In this document: in pieces, positions 61,395 to 64,000 of the stretch
Layout: each line of letters begins with the position of its first letter
Numbering within the stretch: position 1 is the first letter of the stretch
Origin: Methanomassiliicoccaceae archaeon
GTDB taxonomy: Archaea > Thermoplasmatota > Thermoplasmata > Methanomassiliicoccales > Methanomassiliicoccaceae
Reading direction: 5' to 3'
Length of the DNA: 64,000 bases
Assembly: GCA_963728405.1 (NCBI GenBank)
Contig: CAVSJV010000007.1
Coordinates: 64,001 to 128,000 of the forward strand
Position numbers and translations under genes: made by a program
The notes under the pieces: model-generated
Seen by the model: the letters and a program-made list of their open reading frames with translations, nothing else
Databases searched by the model: none
Told to the model about the DNA's origin: nothing

Positions 61395-62634
61395 AGGCCG
61401 CGCGTTCGTAAAGGGGCGCCTGTCGAAATGGTGCATCGGGATCGAGGGCGGTAAGATCGCTGCCCTGGGTAAGAACATCAAGGGAGAGGAGCGGTTCGAT
61501 TACAAGGACTGGCTGATCCTCCCTGCAGCAATTGATCCTCATGTTCATCTCAGGGATCCCGGGCTCACCAGCAAGGAGGATTTCTCCACTGGTACCCTGG
61601 CTGCTGCGTTCGGCGGAGTAGGGTGCGTGCTGGACATGCCAAACACGTTGCCGCCATCGATCGGGCCGAGGGACCTGATGGAGAAGAAAGAGGCCATCGC
61701 CCGGAAGGCCTGGACCGATTACGGACTGTTCGCCGGCTGCGTGCCGGGCGGAAAGCTCGATGCGATGGCCCCGCACGTCGTGGGCTTCAAGTTGTTCATG
61801 GGCTCCTCCACCGGCAAGCTCCTGGTGACCGAGGAGAAGGATATGCTGCGCGTCGGCCAGGCCGCTAAGGCGTCGGGAAAGGTGCTGAGCGTGCACGCCG
61901 AGGACGAGGGCCTGATCGGCAAAGCGTCGGAGCACGACCTTGCTGACCATATGAGGAACCGCCCCTATCAGGCGGAGGTGTCGGCGATCAACAAGCTCGC
62001 GAGGATGGATTGCCGCATCAACGTCTGCCACGTTTCCTCGGCCGCCGGTCTTGATGCCTTGTCCGCTTCCCCGTTCACCAAGGAGGTGGCGGCCCACCAC
62101 ATGTTCCTCGACCGGACGAACGAGAAGGGGGCATTCGCCAAGGTCAACCCGCCGCTGAGGACCAAGGACGACCGGCTGGCGCTATTCCAGGCGTTCATCG
62201 CCGGTAAGATCGATATGCTTGGTTCGGACCACGCCCCGCACACCATCGAGGACAAGACGCAGGAGTTCGATTCCGCGCCATCCGGCATGCCCGGGGTCGA
62301 GACCCAGATACCGATCATGCTCGCCCTGGTGAAGAAAGGAACGCTACCTCTAGATGTGCTCGTTCGAGCGATGGCCGAGAGGCCGGCCGAGGTCTTCGGG
62401 CTGAACAAGGGCAAGATCGAGGAGGGTCGGGACGCCGACCTGATGGTCGTCGACCCGCGGTCCATGGCGGGCATAAAGGTTAATAACCTTCACAGCAAGT
62501 GCGGCTGGTCCCTCTACGAAGGGTACGATGCCATCTTCCCCTATGCCACCCTGATCCGGGGCGTGAAGGTCGTGGAGGATGGGAGCATCGCCGGAGAGAG
62601 GGAAGGACGGGATGTTGTTGTTCAGCGACCTTGA
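61378..62634 (+). CDS. pyrC: Dihydroorotase (amidohydrolase)
   Basis: IDPHVHLRDPG, DMPNT, VHAED, KVNPPLR, GSDHAPH, SKCGWSLYEG. Confidence 0.9.
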   Translation: MELVVEGRAFVKGRLSKWCIGIEGGKIAALGKNIKGEERFDYKDWLILPAAIDPHVHLRDPGLTSKEDFSTGTLAAAFGGVGCVLDMPNTLPPSIGPRDLMEKKEAIARKAWTDYGLFAGCVPGGKLDAMAPHVVGFKLFMGSSTGKLLVTEEKDMLRVGQAAKASGKVLSVHAEDEGLIGKASEHDLADHMRNRPYQAEVSAINKLARMDCRINVCHVSSAAGLDALSASPFTKEVAAHHMFLDRTNEKGAFAKVNPPLRTKDDRLALFQAFIAGKIDMLGSDHAPHTIEDKTQEFDSAPSGMPGVETQIPIMLALVKKGTLPLDVLVRAMAERPAEVFGLNKGKIEEGRDADLMVVDPRSMAGIKVNNLHSKCGWSLYEGYDAIFPYATLIRGVKVVEDGSIAGEREGRDVVVQRP

Positions 62635-63739
62635 TGTGGATATGTCGGAGCTGGAGGCTAAGACCTTCACCTGTGACGAGAAATGTGGGCTGTGCTGCCT
62701 CTGCCAGGCCGAGGTCCTGCCCCACGAGGTCGAGTATTTCAAGAAGAACCACCCCACCCGCATCGTGATGAAGAACGAGCCGCACCGCCACGTCGCCCTC
62801 GCCTTGAAAGGGGGGGAGGGGCCGTGCTCGTTCCTTGCTCCCAATCGTCGATGCCAGATCTATAAAGACCGACCGCATTACTGCCGCCAGTTCCCTTTCC
62901 ATATGTACCTGGGCAGCAGGGTCCAGGTCGAGCTGGACCTTTCCTGTAGGGGAGTCTGGATGGGCGGCCAGATGGACGCGCTTCTAGTCGGTGGTCAAAT
63001 GGTCTCCGACAACCTGGAAGTGGTGAAGAGAACGCTCCAATCGTCCCGTTCGGTATACCGGGAGTTCGAGGCTAACTGCGAGGACGCCGGCATCGCCCGC
63101 GCCCCCGAGGCCCTGCGGCGCAACATGGCCCAGAGGATCGCCGATCTCGCTGACCTGCAGTACCTGGCCAAGGTGTTAGACCTCTCGGCCGAAGATGAGG
63201 AGATGGAGCTGCCCGGTCCGGTGGCCCCCGGCGAGTATGACCGCAAGGAGCTGGAGGCGTCCGCCCGGGAGACCGGACTGGAATCCTTGAGCGCCGAGGA
63301 CGTGTTCTCGGCGTCGGTGTATTGCGATCCGGCATACCGGTGGAACATTCTGCTGGCCCACGAAGAGAAGGTCGACTGGACGGTCATGAACGACGACGGC
63401 GGCCTCACTCCCGTCCGTTCGATCGACTCCAAGCAGGTCAAGCTTCTGGAGCCGGAGGGAGAGGGCCGAAACATCTTCCTATCGTACATGAACACCTTGA
63501 ACCGCCGGGACAGCATGCTTGGCTACGTCTACTACCTGGTCGACGAATATGGCTACGAGGACCCGGTCGCCAACACCTACTATGGGGCGATGGCCGCGGC
63601 GGCGCTGGACCTGCTGTGGCGCTCATCCCTGGTCGCCCACATCAGGAACGGGAAGCTGGACCGGCAGGGCATGATCGAAGGCATAATCTCCTATGACATG
63701 GACCGTCTGGACGCACCGACCATCGGGGCGTTCATCTAG
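62612..63739 (+). CDS. YkgJ-family Cys-cluster (Fe-S/Zn) protein
   Basis: FTCDEKCGLCC...CSFL...CQIYKDRPHYCRQFPF...CRG. Confidence 0.85.
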   Translation: MLLFSDLDVDMSELEAKTFTCDEKCGLCCLCQAEVLPHEVEYFKKNHPTRIVMKNEPHRHVALALKGGEGPCSFLAPNRRCQIYKDRPHYCRQFPFHMYLGSRVQVELDLSCRGVWMGGQMDALLVGGQMVSDNLEVVKRTLQSSRSVYREFEANCEDAGIARAPEALRRNMAQRIADLADLQYLAKVLDLSAEDEEMELPGPVAPGEYDRKELEASARETGLESLSAEDVFSASVYCDPAYRWNILLAHEEKVDWTVMNDDGGLTPVRSIDSKQVKLLEPEGEGRNIFLSYMNTLNRRDSMLGYVYYLVDEYGYEDPVANTYYGAMAAAALDLLWRSSLVAHIRNGKLDRQGMIEGIISYDMDRLDAPTIGAFI

Positions 63740-63798
63740 CCCCAGACTAGTAAGCTTAAAATAGTCCTCGGTTTATGGGGCAGATTGGTGGCTGTAAA

Positions 63799-64000
63799 AT
63801 GCAGAAACCTCTGACCGTTCTAAACCAGGCGATTAACCGTCCCGTTATCGTCGAGCTGAAGGCTAATAGGGAATACCGGGGTATCCTGGACGGATATGAC
63901 CCGCATATGAACTTGGTCCTCAAGAACGCGGAAGAACTCATCAACAACGAAGTTGTGAGAAAGCTCGATGTAACCGTCGTGCGCGGGGACAACGTAATTT
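63799..64000 (+). CDS. Sm-like (SmAP/LSm) protein, truncated by the window edge
   Basis: [46 protein letters not shown]...VVRGDNVI (Sm1 and Sm2 motifs). Confidence 0.93.
   Translation, partial: MQKPLTVLNQAINRPVIVELKANREYRGILDGYDPHMNLVLKNAEELINNEVVRKLDVTVVRGDNVI

Overview
GC-rich archaeal chromosome segment, most consistent with Methanomassiliicoccales/Thermoplasmata. This is inferred from hdrC-hdrB, archaeal r-proteins L18e/S3Ae, aRF1, PurP-like, PdaD, Sm, DUF835 and an intron-containing tRNA-Met. Most of it is housekeeping: rpoN-rps9-rpl13-rpl18e, trpS, pheS, argS, prf1, pyrH, adk, pyrC and three tRNAs. Roughly 15-20 genes, including essential ones, are split by single-base indels, which most likely are long-read/assembly errors. 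The standout is a eukaryote-like ubiquitylation locus on the minus strand. It has a ubiquitin-like precursor ending GG-CRAASS, a true UBC/E2 (HPN motif plus catalytic Cys) and an Rpn11/CSN5-type JAMM protease in a translationally coupled operon. A UBA3/UBA2-like E1 lies 2.5 kb upstream, no RING/HECT E3 is visible, and the locus is 2 kb from an Hhe-type DUF4011-helicase-Vsr-DUF3320 gene. Other notable items: a Rab-like small GTPase coupled to a V4R-DUF835 protein behind a PAC2 proteasome chaperone, an intact solo tnpB whose right end abuts the next gene's ATG, a histone-H1-like PKKA protein with a perfect 93-bp tandem duplication, an ArsA/Get3-HSP20 ATPase with a small partner, and an RF2-like TGA-C/+1 break in the aRF1 gene. 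All calls come from reading motifs by eye; no database searches were run.
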